NCBI GenBank assembly: GCA_034670305.1
Contig: JAXMNT010000047.1
Coordinates: 1-57,272 of the forward strand
From: Deltaproteobacteria bacterium
Lineage (GTDB): Bacteria > Myxococcota_A > Polyangia > Polyangiales > Houyiibacteriaceae
Direction of reading: 5' to 3'
Length of the DNA stretch: 57,272 bases
Made by a program: the position numbers and the translations under genes. Shown one piece after another: positions 39,360 to 51,057 of the stretch; the first letter of the stretch is position 1, and every line of letters starts with the position of its first letter. Below the pieces are notes generated by a model. The model was not told where the DNA came from. It did not search any database and was given only the letters and a program-made list of their open reading frames with translations.

Positions 39360-39400
39360 AAAAAGAAAGGGCGCGCTCCGTTCGGAGCACGCCCTCTCTT
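39360..39400. terminator. Bidirectional terminator between convergent genes
   Basis: A-run, AAGGGCGCGCTCCG-TTC-GGAGCACGCCCT, pyrimidine run. Confidence 0.7.
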
Positions 39401-39437
39401 CATGTGTCTCTCCGAGAGGAGAGACCTTGGCGTCAGG

Positions 39438-40493
39438 TCAGGGGACGACCGGGACGTTGCAGGTGTAGGACGCGAGGCCGGTGCCGACGTCGAGGGACTC
39501 GCAGAGGCCGCCCCACTTGGTGCCGTCGGTGGCGTCGGCGTTGATGTCGATGCTGTAGCTGTCCGAGGCGATGTCCGTGAAGTTGAGTCCGTTCACGCAC
39601 GCGATGCCGAACATCGAGTCGACCACGGTGACGCCGTCACCAGCGATGAGTTCGTAGCCGAAGATGTCGTCGACGCCGGAGCCTTCGCAGGTGTCGTAGA
39701 GGCCGGTGCCGAAGTCGGTCTCGAACATGAACGTGATGTCCAGCTCGGGGTCGGGCACGGTGATCTCGAAGTTGATCGGGCGCAGGCTCGCGTGGGTGCT
39801 CGTGGCGGTGTTGAACGCCTCGAGCGCGGACGAACCGATGGAGGCGCCGGTCGAGTCGAGCGCGTCCCAACCGGAGAAGTACATCGCCGGGGGAAGCGAC
39901 TCACCGGTGTCGCGGCCATCGAAGCCGCCGCTCTCACAGTTGAACGTGAAGTCGGTGTTGAGCGAGGAACCGGCGGCGTCGTTGTAGAAGCTCACGCGGA
40001 TCGCGTCGATGCCGTTGCCGAGGCAGTTGTCGACCGTGGGGGTCTCGCCGTTGATGGTCCAGACGCCGTCGATCGTGGTGTTGTCCTCGACGATGCCGCC
40101 CTCGAAGTCCGCGTCGGACACGATGGTGTCGCCCGGGTTCGCGGTGACGGTCGAGAAGGTGCTGCGGGCGACCTCGTTGACGCCGTTGTACGCAACCCAC
40201 TGCAGGCGGTAGGTGTCCGCGAGCAGGAACGGGCCGGTCGTGAACCGTCCGGCCGAGCACGGCTCACGCAGCGTGGCGTCCGTGTAGAAGTCGCTGCCGA
40301 TGGTCTCGTAGACCCGCAACTCGACGTCGGAGATCCCGGCCGCCGCGCAGTTCGCTGCGTTCGGCGTCGCGCCGTCGATCGTCCACTGTCCATCCACGCT
40401 GACGTCTCCGCCGAGCGGTTCGAACGTCACTTCCACGATGCAGCCGCTGGTCATCGCCAGCCCCAACATCAACTTTACAAAATTCGCCTTCAT
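39438..40493 (-). CDS. Acidic lipoprotein with three tandem disulfide-containing beta domains
   Basis: LMLGLAMTSGC signal; repeats WTIDGATPNAANCAAAGI / WTINGETPTVDNCLGNGI / YDTCEGSGV; GGAGG SD. Confidence 0.75.
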   Translation of the reverse strand: MKANFVKLMLGLAMTSGCIVEVTFEPLGGDVSVDGQWTIDGATPNAANCAAAGISDVELRVYETIGSDFYTDATLREPCSAGRFTTGPFLLADTYRLQWVAYNGVNEVARSTFSTVTANPGDTIVSDADFEGGIVEDNTTIDGVWTINGETPTVDNCLGNGIDAIRVSFYNDAAGSSLNTDFTFNCESGGFDGRDTGESLPPAMYFSGWDALDSTGASIGSSALEAFNTATSTHASLRPINFEITVPDPELDITFMFETDFGTGLYDTCEGSGVDDIFGYELIAGDGVTVVDSMFGIACVNGLNFTDIASDSYSIDINADATDGTKWGGLCESLDVGTGLASYTCNVPVVP

Positions 40494-40762
40494 GCGACCT
40501 CCCTGAGTCCAAGCATTCGTCGCTGCCACTGGTGACAGTCGTCCCGGTCCGGATCGACGAGGAAGGGAGCATCCCCATTCACCTCCGTCGTTTCCCCGGC
40601 CCGCTGGCGCAGTCTGGCAGCACAAAACGCATCCGGTCAACCAGCCGGTCCGCTCGGGGCCGGCGTGCCCGTAACCTCAAGGAATCGCGTGGCTTTCCTG
40701 GCGTCACGGTTCGCGGACGTGGGCCCTGATTCCTCTCCGGCAGATGTGCTACATCGAGAGAC

Positions 40763-41473
40763 GTGTTCCGTTTTCCTCCGCTGACTCCAGTCGTCCGCAT
40801 CTTCCTCGTGATCTTTCTCACGGCGTACGTGGGGTTGCTGATCACCGACAACTGGTTGGGGCTCGATCTGGTTCGCTTGTTGGCGCTCTCGACCTCAGGC
40901 GGGGCCTGGGTCGGGAACGTGTGGCAGGTCCTGACCTATCCGCTCGCTCAGGACTTGCGACCACAAGGCGTGATGTCGTTCATCGTCAGTGCGCTCTTCT
41001 TCTGGCTCGTGGTCGGTCCCTACGAGCAGAGTTTCGGGGGCAAACGCACGCTGCAGGTGCTCGGGTTCTCCCTCCTCGGTGGCTCGCTTCCGGCGCTGGG
41101 GGTGGGACTGTTCGTGCCGGGGGTGCTGTTTGGGTTCGGCACGTTGATCCTCGGGCCGTTCGTTGCTTGGGCGTGGGCGATGCACACGATGAAGCAGACC
41201 GCGAACTTCTTCGGCGTGATGACGATGAAGCCAACCACCATGATCTTGGCGGTGCTGGCGGTCAGCTTGCTCCACTTCCTCGCCTCGGGAAGCTTCATGA
41301 GCCTGGCCGGCGATCTCGGCGCGGCCGGCGCGGGGGTCCTCTTCACGGAGCTGCTCAGCCGACCGCCCAAAGGCAAGAAGCGGGAGCGCAAGGCCAGTGG
41401 TGGCCGGCGTCGCGGGCCAGCGCTCGAGGTGATCCCGGGCGGCAAAGACGACCCGCCCAAATGGCTCAACTGA
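40763..41473 (+). CDS. Rhomboid-like membrane protein, apparently catalytically inactive
   Basis: FPPLTPVVR, VWQVLTY, YEQSFG, about six TMs, C-terminal LEVIPGGKDD..WLN; GxSG and catalytic His absent. Confidence 0.7.
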   Translation: MFRFPPLTPVVRIFLVIFLTAYVGLLITDNWLGLDLVRLLALSTSGGAWVGNVWQVLTYPLAQDLRPQGVMSFIVSALFFWLVVGPYEQSFGGKRTLQVLGFSLLGGSLPALGVGLFVPGVLFGFGTLILGPFVAWAWAMHTMKQTANFFGVMTMKPTTMILAVLAVSLLHFLASGSFMSLAGDLGAAGAGVLFTELLSRPPKGKKRERKASGGRRRGPALEVIPGGKDDPPKWLN

Positions 41474-41671
41474 TCGCCGGCTGCGCACCGTGAGCTGAGC
41501 TGTGCCCGACCGTCGCGGATCGGGCGTGATGGGAATTTTGGACCGGACCTTGGTCGGGACACGCTACACTCGCAGGCTGGGGCTTGGCCGGCGCGAAGAT
41601 TGCGTACGGTCCTGGCGGACCGACCCTGGGAGGGTCGCTTGAGACCTGCGGGTCGGATGGGAAACATTGAG

Positions 41672-42025
41672 ATGAGAACACTTGGAATCTGCTTCGGCCT
41701 GATGATGGCCAGCGGCTGCATCGTGACAACGGGCTCGGACACCTACGAATCCTGCGACTTCGACTCGGACTGCAACGATCTCGTCGATTCGTGCGTCAGC
41801 GTGAGCGTCGACTCGGGCGGCGTGACGTTCAGTAACGCGATCTGCACGTCGGGTTGCACCGACGACCTGGCTTGCCCGGTCAGCAACAACGGCAACGCGG
41901 GCATCTGCGAGAACCTCGATCGCGGCTTCCTTTGCTACGAATCGTGCAGCTTCGACTTCGACTGCGATCCCGGATTCGCGTGCTACCCGCTCGATGTGGG
42001 CGGCAGCATCTGTCTGCCTGGCTGA
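41672..42025 (+). CDS. Small Cys-rich lipoprotein
   Basis: FGLMMASGC signal; three Cys-rich repeats (CDFDSDC, CTDDLAC, CSFDFDC..GFAC..ICLPG). Confidence 0.75.
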   Translation: MRTLGICFGLMMASGCIVTTGSDTYESCDFDSDCNDLVDSCVSVSVDSGGVTFSNAICTSGCTDDLACPVSNNGNAGICENLDRGFLCYESCSFDFDCDPGFACYPLDVGGSICLPG

Positions 42026-42100
42026 CCGCCAGACACATTCGTGCTGAGCAATCGGCGTGAACTTGGGTTCGCACCTGCGACTCCGAGTTCACGCCTTTGT

Positions 42101-44131
42101 TCATCCGTCTTGAGGACGTTCGGGCGCCTCGATGGGCGATTCGGGGGTCTCGACCGGTGCTTCAGGGACCGGTGCTTCAGGGTCCTCGATCGCATTGGGG
42201 TCTTCGATCGGTTCGGGCGTCTCTTCGATCGGGGGCCGTACACCCACTTCTGAATCGTCGACCTCGGAGTCCTCGGTGGACTCCTCGCCTGGGTAGAAGC
42301 GCACGAGGCCTCGGTGGAACGGGACGCGGGTCATGCGTTCGACGTAGAAGCGCGCGAGCCAGAGCTGGCGCGCTTCGACCTGGATCGTCGCGGCGTGCTC
42401 GAGCCGATCGTCCGGGAGCGGGTTCAGATCGAGCGCACGCCCGAGCACGAGCAGCGCGGAGTCGCGGTAGCCCTTGGCGATCATGTCCCCAGCGAGCGTG
42501 CGCAGGCCGTCGTACTCGTCGGCCACGCGCACGTAGCGGGCCGAGAGCTCGACCGCTTCGGCGGGCAGCTCGTACTCGGCTTCGTCCTGCATCGCGAGGG
42601 ATTGGAAGAGCGCTCCGTGTCCCAGCCGCAGTGCCGGCTCGGCGCCGACCGCCCGCCGGTACGCGCGCTCGGCCCCCGCCAGATCGCCCGCGTCCCGGCG
42701 CACCTCACCGAGCTTCATCCAGGCGTAGAAGGAGTCGGGGTGGGTGGTGCTGGCGTGGGACCACAGCGCGACATCGCTCTGCCAAGCGCCCTGGTACTGG
42801 AAGGTGCTGACTCCGAACAGGAGCGCCATCGCGACCGAGAGCACAGACGCCGGGAGTCCCAAGCGGCTCGGGAGCGCGATGCGTTCCAAGAGCACGCCGA
42901 ACAGGAACGCCAGCGGCAACAAAGGCAGCGAGAGGTAGCGGTCCTGCACTTCGAAGTAGAGCGGCACGACGTTGGAGACCGGCGCGAAGAAGAGCAGCAA
43001 CGCGGCCATGGCGAACCGCACCCGCGCGTTGCCGCGCCAGAGCAGCAAGACGACCAGGACCGCGCCGATCGCGTCGACGAGGGAGAAGTCTTCCATCACT
43101 CGGTGCAGCGCATACACGGGGCTGGTCCACAGCGGCATCGCGGCCGTGCCGAGGTGGTGGGTCAGGGTCGAGCCGACCAGCGCGATCCGGCCGAGGCCAG
43201 GTGGCGCGGGCCGGATCATCTCGTTGTCCTCCCAGATCCCGAGCACGACCTGCGAGAGCGCGAGACCGATCAGCAGCGAGGGCAGGTGGCTGACCACCGC
43301 GCGCTTCCAACCGTCTCTCCAGGACGCGGCGGACCAGAAGCTGCCGTTGCCCGAGAAGCGAACGGCGTCGGCCGCGAAGAGCACGAGCGGCAAGGGCAGG
43401 GCGGTGGTCTTGGCGAGCACCGCGCCGATGTAGGCCACGCGCGCCAACCACGCGTGGCGGTCCATCGGGCCACGCGATCTAGACGACGCGAGGATCGCTG
43501 CGCACACGAGCGCGAGCGCGACGATCTCTTTGCGCCCGGTCGCCCACGAGACCGCTTCGACCTGGATCGGATGCAGGCCATAGAGCAGCGCGCCGACGAA
43601 CGCCGCGCGCGCGCCGAGGCCCCACGCGATCAACACGCGCCGCACGAGCAGGAGCGTGCCGCCGAAGAGTAGGAGCGACACCGCGTGTTGCACCGGGCCG
43701 TTCGGTCCGGAGAACGGCACGTCCAGCCAGTAGCTCATCAGATGCAGCGGGTGGTACGCCTCGAAGTGCGGCTCGGACCAGATCGCCTTCAGCTCGGCGA
43801 ACCCGATCGAATGCACCGGTTCGAACTCCACGATGAACCGTTGGTCGTCCCAGCTGCGCAACAGAGCCGAGGGCACCCCGCGGGCGAACACCGCGACCGC
43901 TGCCAGAAAGAGCACCAGATCGGTGCGCCAGGAGTTCCAGAGCTTCTCGGACAACGGCGTCTGCGCCCTGTCCTCCGGCTCGACCGTTGTCGCGTTCGGT
44001 TCGGACTCGGTCGTCGCGTTCTGTTCGGACTCGGTCGACCTCGAATCGGTCGCGCTCGAATCGGTCGGCTGGGCCTGGTCGGTAGGCTTCTTCGCGGAAC
44101 GGCGCTTCTTCCGACGTTTGGGCTTGGCCAC
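42101..44131 (-). CDS. TMTC-like GT-C membrane glycosyltransferase with TPR tail
   Basis: WDDQRFI, YHPL..SYWLD, LHPIQVEAVSWATGRKE, LAKTTA, QDRYLSLP, WQSDVALW, then TPR-like helices. Confidence 0.8.
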   Translation of the reverse strand: MAKPKRRKKRRSAKKPTDQAQPTDSSATDSRSTESEQNATTESEPNATTVEPEDRAQTPLSEKLWNSWRTDLVLFLAAVAVFARGVPSALLRSWDDQRFIVEFEPVHSIGFAELKAIWSEPHFEAYHPLHLMSYWLDVPFSGPNGPVQHAVSLLLFGGTLLLVRRVLIAWGLGARAAFVGALLYGLHPIQVEAVSWATGRKEIVALALVCAAILASSRSRGPMDRHAWLARVAYIGAVLAKTTALPLPLVLFAADAVRFSGNGSFWSAASWRDGWKRAVVSHLPSLLIGLALSQVVLGIWEDNEMIRPAPPGLGRIALVGSTLTHHLGTAAMPLWTSPVYALHRVMEDFSLVDAIGAVLVVLLLWRGNARVRFAMAALLLFFAPVSNVVPLYFEVQDRYLSLPLLPLAFLFGVLLERIALPSRLGLPASVLSVAMALLFGVSTFQYQGAWQSDVALWSHASTTHPDSFYAWMKLGEVRRDAGDLAGAERAYRRAVGAEPALRLGHGALFQSLAMQDEAEYELPAEAVELSARYVRVADEYDGLRTLAGDMIAKGYRDSALLVLGRALDLNPLPDDRLEHAATIQVEARQLWLARFYVERMTRVPFHRGLVRFYPGEESTEDSEVDDSEVGVRPPIEETPEPIEDPNAIEDPEAPVPEAPVETPESPIEAPERPQDG

Positions 44132-44233
44132 GCGGGTTTCTACCCCTTGCGGCCCCGCACGTCGATCCGCGTGCGCTGTCTTCGGGAAACACCGCGTGCA
44201 CCCGGTGGTGCACGCAGGTTCACAAGACCCGGT

Positions 44234-46264
44234 TCAGAAGACCATCGCGAGGCGGGACTGCACCGTCCAGAGGAAGCTCTGGCTGAGCCCACCGAACTGA
44301 CCGAGAAGCGCGTCGCCGACCTTCATGAAGCCGAGCTCGGTGTCCCAGCGAAGCAGATCGTTCTCACCCCACTTGAACCGCAGCGCCAGGTCCACTTCGT
44401 AGCCGATGCGGCACTCGCCCTGGAACGGACCACAGCTCGTATCGGTGAAGTCGTCCCGTTCGTTCACGTAGACGGTCGCCAAGAGTTCATCTGCCCGCGC
44501 GGTCAGGAATGCTGCATGCAGCTCGATGCCGGGGACCACCGTGTAGCGGATCTGCGGGAACACATAGACCGAGTTCCACACGCCGCCGCGCGACCAGAGC
44601 GGCCGGATCTCAGGGCCGAGTCCGAGCGCGGTCATGGTCGAGAGACCGACCTGGTACATGAGCAGGCCCACGTGGTGATCGGGGTGGAGCGGCCGCACCG
44701 AGAGGTCTGGGTTGTTGAACAGGTTGCCGTCGCCGGACGAGAAACCCATCTCGAGCACCATCGCGTAGCGGTCCTCGCGGATGAACCCAGCCCGGAAGGC
44801 GCCGCCGAGCATGTTGGCGTTGGTCTGGCGGCAGATGCCGGTGTCGTCGTCGCAGCCGCCGGCGAGGGTCACCGTGTTGGTGCGCCCTCGGATGTGCACG
44901 ATCTCGCCTTCGGTGTAGAGGCTCGGCATGTTGCGGCCGAGGTTGTACTTGAGCTTCCAGTAGCCATCGAGGATGTGCACCCGCGAGGCTTGGGCATCGG
45001 TCGGCAGGTTGCGGATCGCGCCGCCGCGGCGCTGCCAGCGGTACACGTAGTACCCACCGACGGTGAGTTCGTCGCTCGCGTGGCGGCCGAAGTCTTCGTC
45101 GCGCCAGACCACCGCGTTGGCGAGCTGGTTCACGTCGTTGTCTTCGCCGACCCAAGCCTGGAACGGAATGGTGGAACGTTCGTCGGGCACGGTACCGAGC
45201 GGGCCGAGCGCGCCAATGCGAACCGTGTCCGGGTCAGGCGGGTCGGTGCCGGCGCGAATCGGGTCGTCGACGAGTTTGTCGAACGCGATCGCGTAGATGA
45301 GCGGGGTGGGCCGTGCGTCGCCGCGGGAGAGCGCGTTGAACACGGTGATCGGGCGGGTCGCGAAGAGCACCCGGTCGAAGCTCGTGCCGAACATCGGATC
45401 GCCCCATTCGCCGAGGCCGTTGCCGTCGTGGGCCAGTAGACCGAGCCCCCAGTTGGAGGGCATGCGCCCGAGCCGGATCTGGCCGACGGGGACCTTGACC
45501 TGCAGCCACGCGCGTTCGAGTCGGATCGAGTCCGCGATGTCGAAGCCTTCGTAGTCCGTGTAGCCGGGGTCGGCGGCGAACAGTGGCGTCCGCGTGATGC
45601 GTGCGTTGTCGCCGAAGACTGCGTTGTCGAGCGCGTCGATCTGCACGTAGAGCGCGGCGATCGGATCTTCGGGGTTGCCGTAGGTGACCTCGGGCGAGAG
45701 CCGCAGGCGCTGGAACGCGAAGTGTGCGTTGCCCGCGCCTTGGCGCGGTCCGACCGTCTCTTGGAGCGGCACGTTGCCGAACCAGGCGTAGCGCGCGCGG
45801 TAGTACCCGTGCAGGCCCACCGCGAGGGGAATGCCGGCGTCGGTGTCTTCGGCGGCCCGTGCGGCGCGGTCGGCGGCGGCGCGGGCCTCGGTGGCTTCGG
45901 CGCGCGCGGCGGCGACTTCTTCTTGGGCGGCTGCGAGTGCGGTTCGGATCTCCGCGTCGGTGAGCGGCGGCGGTCCGGCTTCGGCGGCAGCAGCTTCGGC
46001 GGCCGCAGCTTCAGCGGCGGCGGCTTCAGCGGCTGCGGCTTCGGCGGCGGCTTGGGCGGCGGCTTCGGCTTCGGCTTCGGCGGCTGGGTCCACCTCGGCC
46101 ACACCTTCGGTGGCTTCGGTGTCCGGTCCAGCGTCGGGCGACCCCAACTGTGCGTGCGCGGCCGATCCCGACAGGAGCAACGCGAGCAGCGTCACAACTC
46201 CCGAGCTGACCGCTGGCGCGGTTGCGGAGAACGAACGCACAGGTTGGAGTCGCCGCATGATCAA
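44234..46264 (-). CDS. Outer-membrane beta-barrel (alginate-export-like), paralog of 49044-50897
   Basis: Sec signal (AAHAQ), Ala/Glu coiled linker, GRMPSNWGLGLLAHDG, SSGDGN..LHPDHHVGLL, C-terminal Phe. Confidence 0.75.
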   Translation of the reverse strand: MIMRRLQPVRSFSATAPAVSSGVVTLLALLLSGSAAHAQLGSPDAGPDTEATEGVAEVDPAAEAEAEAAAQAAAEAAAAEAAAAEAAAAEAAAAEAGPPPLTDAEIRTALAAAQEEVAAARAEATEARAAADRAARAAEDTDAGIPLAVGLHGYYRARYAWFGNVPLQETVGPRQGAGNAHFAFQRLRLSPEVTYGNPEDPIAALYVQIDALDNAVFGDNARITRTPLFAADPGYTDYEGFDIADSIRLERAWLQVKVPVGQIRLGRMPSNWGLGLLAHDGNGLGEWGDPMFGTSFDRVLFATRPITVFNALSRGDARPTPLIYAIAFDKLVDDPIRAGTDPPDPDTVRIGALGPLGTVPDERSTIPFQAWVGEDNDVNQLANAVVWRDEDFGRHASDELTVGGYYVYRWQRRGGAIRNLPTDAQASRVHILDGYWKLKYNLGRNMPSLYTEGEIVHIRGRTNTVTLAGGCDDDTGICRQTNANMLGGAFRAGFIREDRYAMVLEMGFSSGDGNLFNNPDLSVRPLHPDHHVGLLMYQVGLSTMTALGLGPEIRPLWSRGGVWNSVYVFPQIRYTVVPGIELHAAFLTARADELLATVYVNERDDFTDTSCGPFQGECRIGYEVDLALRFKWGENDLLRWDTELGFMKVGDALLGQFGGLSQSFLWTVQSRLAMVF

Positions 46265-47286
46265 CGAAGTCCGGGGCAGCTGGGCGCGTCGGCGCGCAGC
46301 GGTCCGAGGTTCACGATCGAGATGGTGTCGGCGAAGATCGGCATGCGCTCACAGGCGATGACTTCTTCTTCTCCGCCGTCGGTGCGGCGGCCGATGAACT
46401 CCACGAATACGAACTCGCCGCCGGCATCGACCGGCAGGTTCGCGATCGCGAAGAGGCCGTCGGTGTGGCTCCAGGGCTGGTCGGCCTTCGGGAAGTCGTC
46501 GCCGTCGAAGTAGCGGTAGTGCGGGTCGGCGCTGCGGGTGCCTTCCGAGATGAGGGTTCCGTCTTCGCGGTAGATGCGCACGACGCCGCCGTAGAGCGGG
46601 TCTTCTTCGCAGTCCCACGCGGTTCCGGCGACGAGTGCGGTGCCGGGCACCTGCATGAAGCCGAGCACGGTCGGGATCAGATCGAGCGTCGCCTGCGAGA
46701 CGCTGTTGCCTTCGACAATCCGGGTGGCGTCCGGGGCCGCTTCGTTGATCTGGATCGAACCGGCGATCTGGAACGAGGGGGAAGGGTGGTCCTTCGGGAA
46801 CACGCGGTAGGCGTAGAAGCCGCCGGCGGCCGACGTGACTTCGACCCGCCCATCGGCGTCTGTGGTCAGGTCGGTGTCGGGGTCACAGGTGTCGGCCGGG
46901 TTCGGCATGTTGTCGTCGTAGAACTTCACGCAGAGCCCTTCGAGCGTGTCGTCGGTGCGGAACTCCTTGATCTCGATCTGGAAGGTGACGGCGTCGCCGC
47001 CGGCCGGGATGGTGCGCATGCCGAAGCAGCTCAACTCGGGCGCTTCCACGCCAGCGGGGTCCGGCTCGATGCCGGTCTCGCTGGCCGGGTCCGGCCCGTC
47101 GCCGTTCACCAGAGTGGGCAAGGGATCCATGCCGCCGCCCGCGTCGGTGCCGCCGGTGTCCGTGCCCGGGCCGGCGTCCACGCCACCCGCGTCGTCGTCG
47201 CCGCAGCCGAATGCACCCAGCATGGCCACCGAAAGAATCAGACCGAGCAGTCGCCCAGTCGCCGTGTTCCCCAAACGTTTCTTCAT
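46261..47286 (-). CDS. Lipoprotein with carboxypeptidase-regulatory-like beta-sandwich domains
   Basis: LGAFGC lipobox, DAG linker, TTDADGRV, SHTDGLFAIANLP; stop overlaps the next ATG (ATGA). Confidence 0.7.
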   Translation of the reverse strand: MKKRLGNTATGRLLGLILSVAMLGAFGCGDDDAGGVDAGPGTDTGGTDAGGGMDPLPTLVNGDGPDPASETGIEPDPAGVEAPELSCFGMRTIPAGGDAVTFQIEIKEFRTDDTLEGLCVKFYDDNMPNPADTCDPDTDLTTDADGRVEVTSAAGGFYAYRVFPKDHPSPSFQIAGSIQINEAAPDATRIVEGNSVSQATLDLIPTVLGFMQVPGTALVAGTAWDCEEDPLYGGVVRIYREDGTLISEGTRSADPHYRYFDGDDFPKADQPWSHTDGLFAIANLPVDAGGEFVFVEFIGRRTDGGEEEVIACERMPIFADTISIVNLGPLRADAPSCPGLR

Positions 47287-47326
47287 CGGTCTCTCCTCAT
47301 GCGCGCAGTGCACGCGTCGTTGTTGT

Positions 47327-49042
47327 TCATGGGCGCCACGCGAGCAGCGCCTCGGTCTCTTGTTGCAGCCGCGGCCAGGCATCCTTGCCCACGGAGTTGG
47401 TCTCTTCGTAGTGTTCTCCGGCCGCCTGCTCGATGTAGGGCTGGCGGCGATCGAGCACGAAGTTGAACTCGGGCAACAAGTACCCGATCTGGTCGTTGCC
47501 GAGGCTCACGAGCGCGACCCAGTCGGCGTCTTCGCGGGCGAGATCCCGTAGATAAGGAGCGGGCGGGGCCATGGCGAGCACCGGTGCGTTCTCGACCTCG
47601 GTGTCGACGATGACCGTGTCTTCCGGGGTGTAGCCACCATCGTAGCCCCCGACGAAGAGCGCAGGGTCGATCTCGCCCGGCATCCAGAGGATCTGCATGC
47701 GGCCGATGTCGATGATCGCGACTTCGGTTTCGACGTCCGGCTGGTTGCTGGGGGAGAGCACTTGCTCCGGGTCCCAGTCGTACGCTTGCCGAACGAAGAG
47801 GTCGTTCAAGATCGCGATGTGGAAACCCGCGTTCTGCACGTCGAGGAAGAGGCGGCGGTTGCGGAAACCGAGATCGGCGGTCTCGTCGGTCTCGGAGCCG
47901 CCGTCTTCGTCGAGCGCGTCGAGGACGAAGTAGGCCATCTGTTCGCCCACGGTCTGCATGGTCTCGAAGCCGTGTCGCTCGAGCGGTTCGCCGGCCCAGG
48001 TCTCCGGTGTGATCTCGCCGGGTCCGATCTGGGAACCGAGCGCGCCGGCGCAGAACGCCGCCATGCCGCCGACGCCTGGTTTGAGTTCTCCGTCGGGTCC
48101 GGCGATGCCGTTCTCGATGCCTTCGCGCAGGTAGTGCGGGAAGTCGCTCGACAGCTCGGTGTTGCGGCTGCCCCAGTACTCCGGGTGCGCCGCGAGGTTC
48201 ACCCAGGTGGCGATCGTGTCGCCCGAGTCCGCTTCGGTGAAGCGCAGGATGCGGACTTCGTCGTCGATGATCCGGGGGTGGCGTGCGTCGCTCACGTAGC
48301 GGCTCATGCCGCCCGGCTGATCGCGGAACCGGAAGGTCGCGTATTGAATGTGGGCGGGCTGCAGCGCGGCGATCGCTTCGCGCGCGGCGGCTGCACCTTC
48401 GGTGTGGATCCGATCCAGGTACGCCGGGTCGACGCCGCTGATCGTCTCGCCGAGGCCGTAGATGCCGAGCGTGTCGGTGCCCTGATGGGTGTGCGACGCG
48501 CAGGTCGCCACGTAGTCGACATCGTCGCCAGCCAGTTGTTCACGGATGGCATCGGTGTCGTCGATGAAGATGCTGAAGGTATCGGTCATCAGTAGGACGA
48601 TCGTGGTTTCGTTCTGACGCAGCGCGATGGCGCGCACCCACTGCGGGTCGTGCACGCCGCTCGCGGGGCGCGGGTTGCCGAAGCCGCCGATGAAGATCGG
48701 ATCGAAGTCACCGTTGCCGTTGCGGTCTTCGATCTCATCGCCGTCGGCCGGGTCCCAGACGCCGTTGCCGTTGACGTCGAGCGTCATGATGTCCGTCGTC
48801 TCGGTGATCACCGGCGTGATGTCGCGCTGCGCGGCACCGACGTAGAGCACGTCGTCGCCCACGTCTTCGCACCCTTCGGAACCCGGGCAGAAACTCTCCG
48901 GTGCGAAGGGCGGCGGGCCGGCGTCGGTCTCGACTTCGCTGTCGGGCGCGCCCGCGTCGACCGCGACGCCCGAATCGTCGTCGCCACACGCGTTGGACAA
49001 CGCGAGGAGCGAGACGAGGGCGCAGCGGACGGGGGCGCTCAT
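47327..49042 (-). CDS. Neutral/alkaline ceramidase-like lipoprotein hydrolase
   Basis: LSNAC lipobox; VGAAQRDITP, GVHDPQWVRAI, ASHTHQG, NLAAHPE, LSSDFP, PGE, DQIGY, HYEET; DxNGNG Ca-binding-like insert. Confidence 0.78.
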   Translation of the reverse strand: MSAPVRCALVSLLALSNACGDDDSGVAVDAGAPDSEVETDAGPPPFAPESFCPGSEGCEDVGDDVLYVGAAQRDITPVITETTDIMTLDVNGNGVWDPADGDEIEDRNGNGDFDPIFIGGFGNPRPASGVHDPQWVRAIALRQNETTIVLLMTDTFSIFIDDTDAIREQLAGDDVDYVATCASHTHQGTDTLGIYGLGETISGVDPAYLDRIHTEGAAAAREAIAALQPAHIQYATFRFRDQPGGMSRYVSDARHPRIIDDEVRILRFTEADSGDTIATWVNLAAHPEYWGSRNTELSSDFPHYLREGIENGIAGPDGELKPGVGGMAAFCAGALGSQIGPGEITPETWAGEPLERHGFETMQTVGEQMAYFVLDALDEDGGSETDETADLGFRNRRLFLDVQNAGFHIAILNDLFVRQAYDWDPEQVLSPSNQPDVETEVAIIDIGRMQILWMPGEIDPALFVGGYDGGYTPEDTVIVDTEVENAPVLAMAPPAPYLRDLAREDADWVALVSLGNDQIGYLLPEFNFVLDRRQPYIEQAAGEHYEETNSVGKDAWPRLQQETEALLAWRP

Positions 49043-49043
49043 C

Positions 49044-50897
<1,854 letters not shown>

Positions 50898-51057
50898 GTT
50901 CGGGGCGACCCTACCCTTCCGCGGGATCCCCGCCAACCACGAGTGCTTACAACTGAATCTCCCAACGCCTGGGTTTACGCACGGTGTCCGAAGGGAGAGG
51001 GGGCACTGGACGGGTCTCGGTGCAGTGCCCCAGGAAATACCGTGGTATGAGCAGGCG

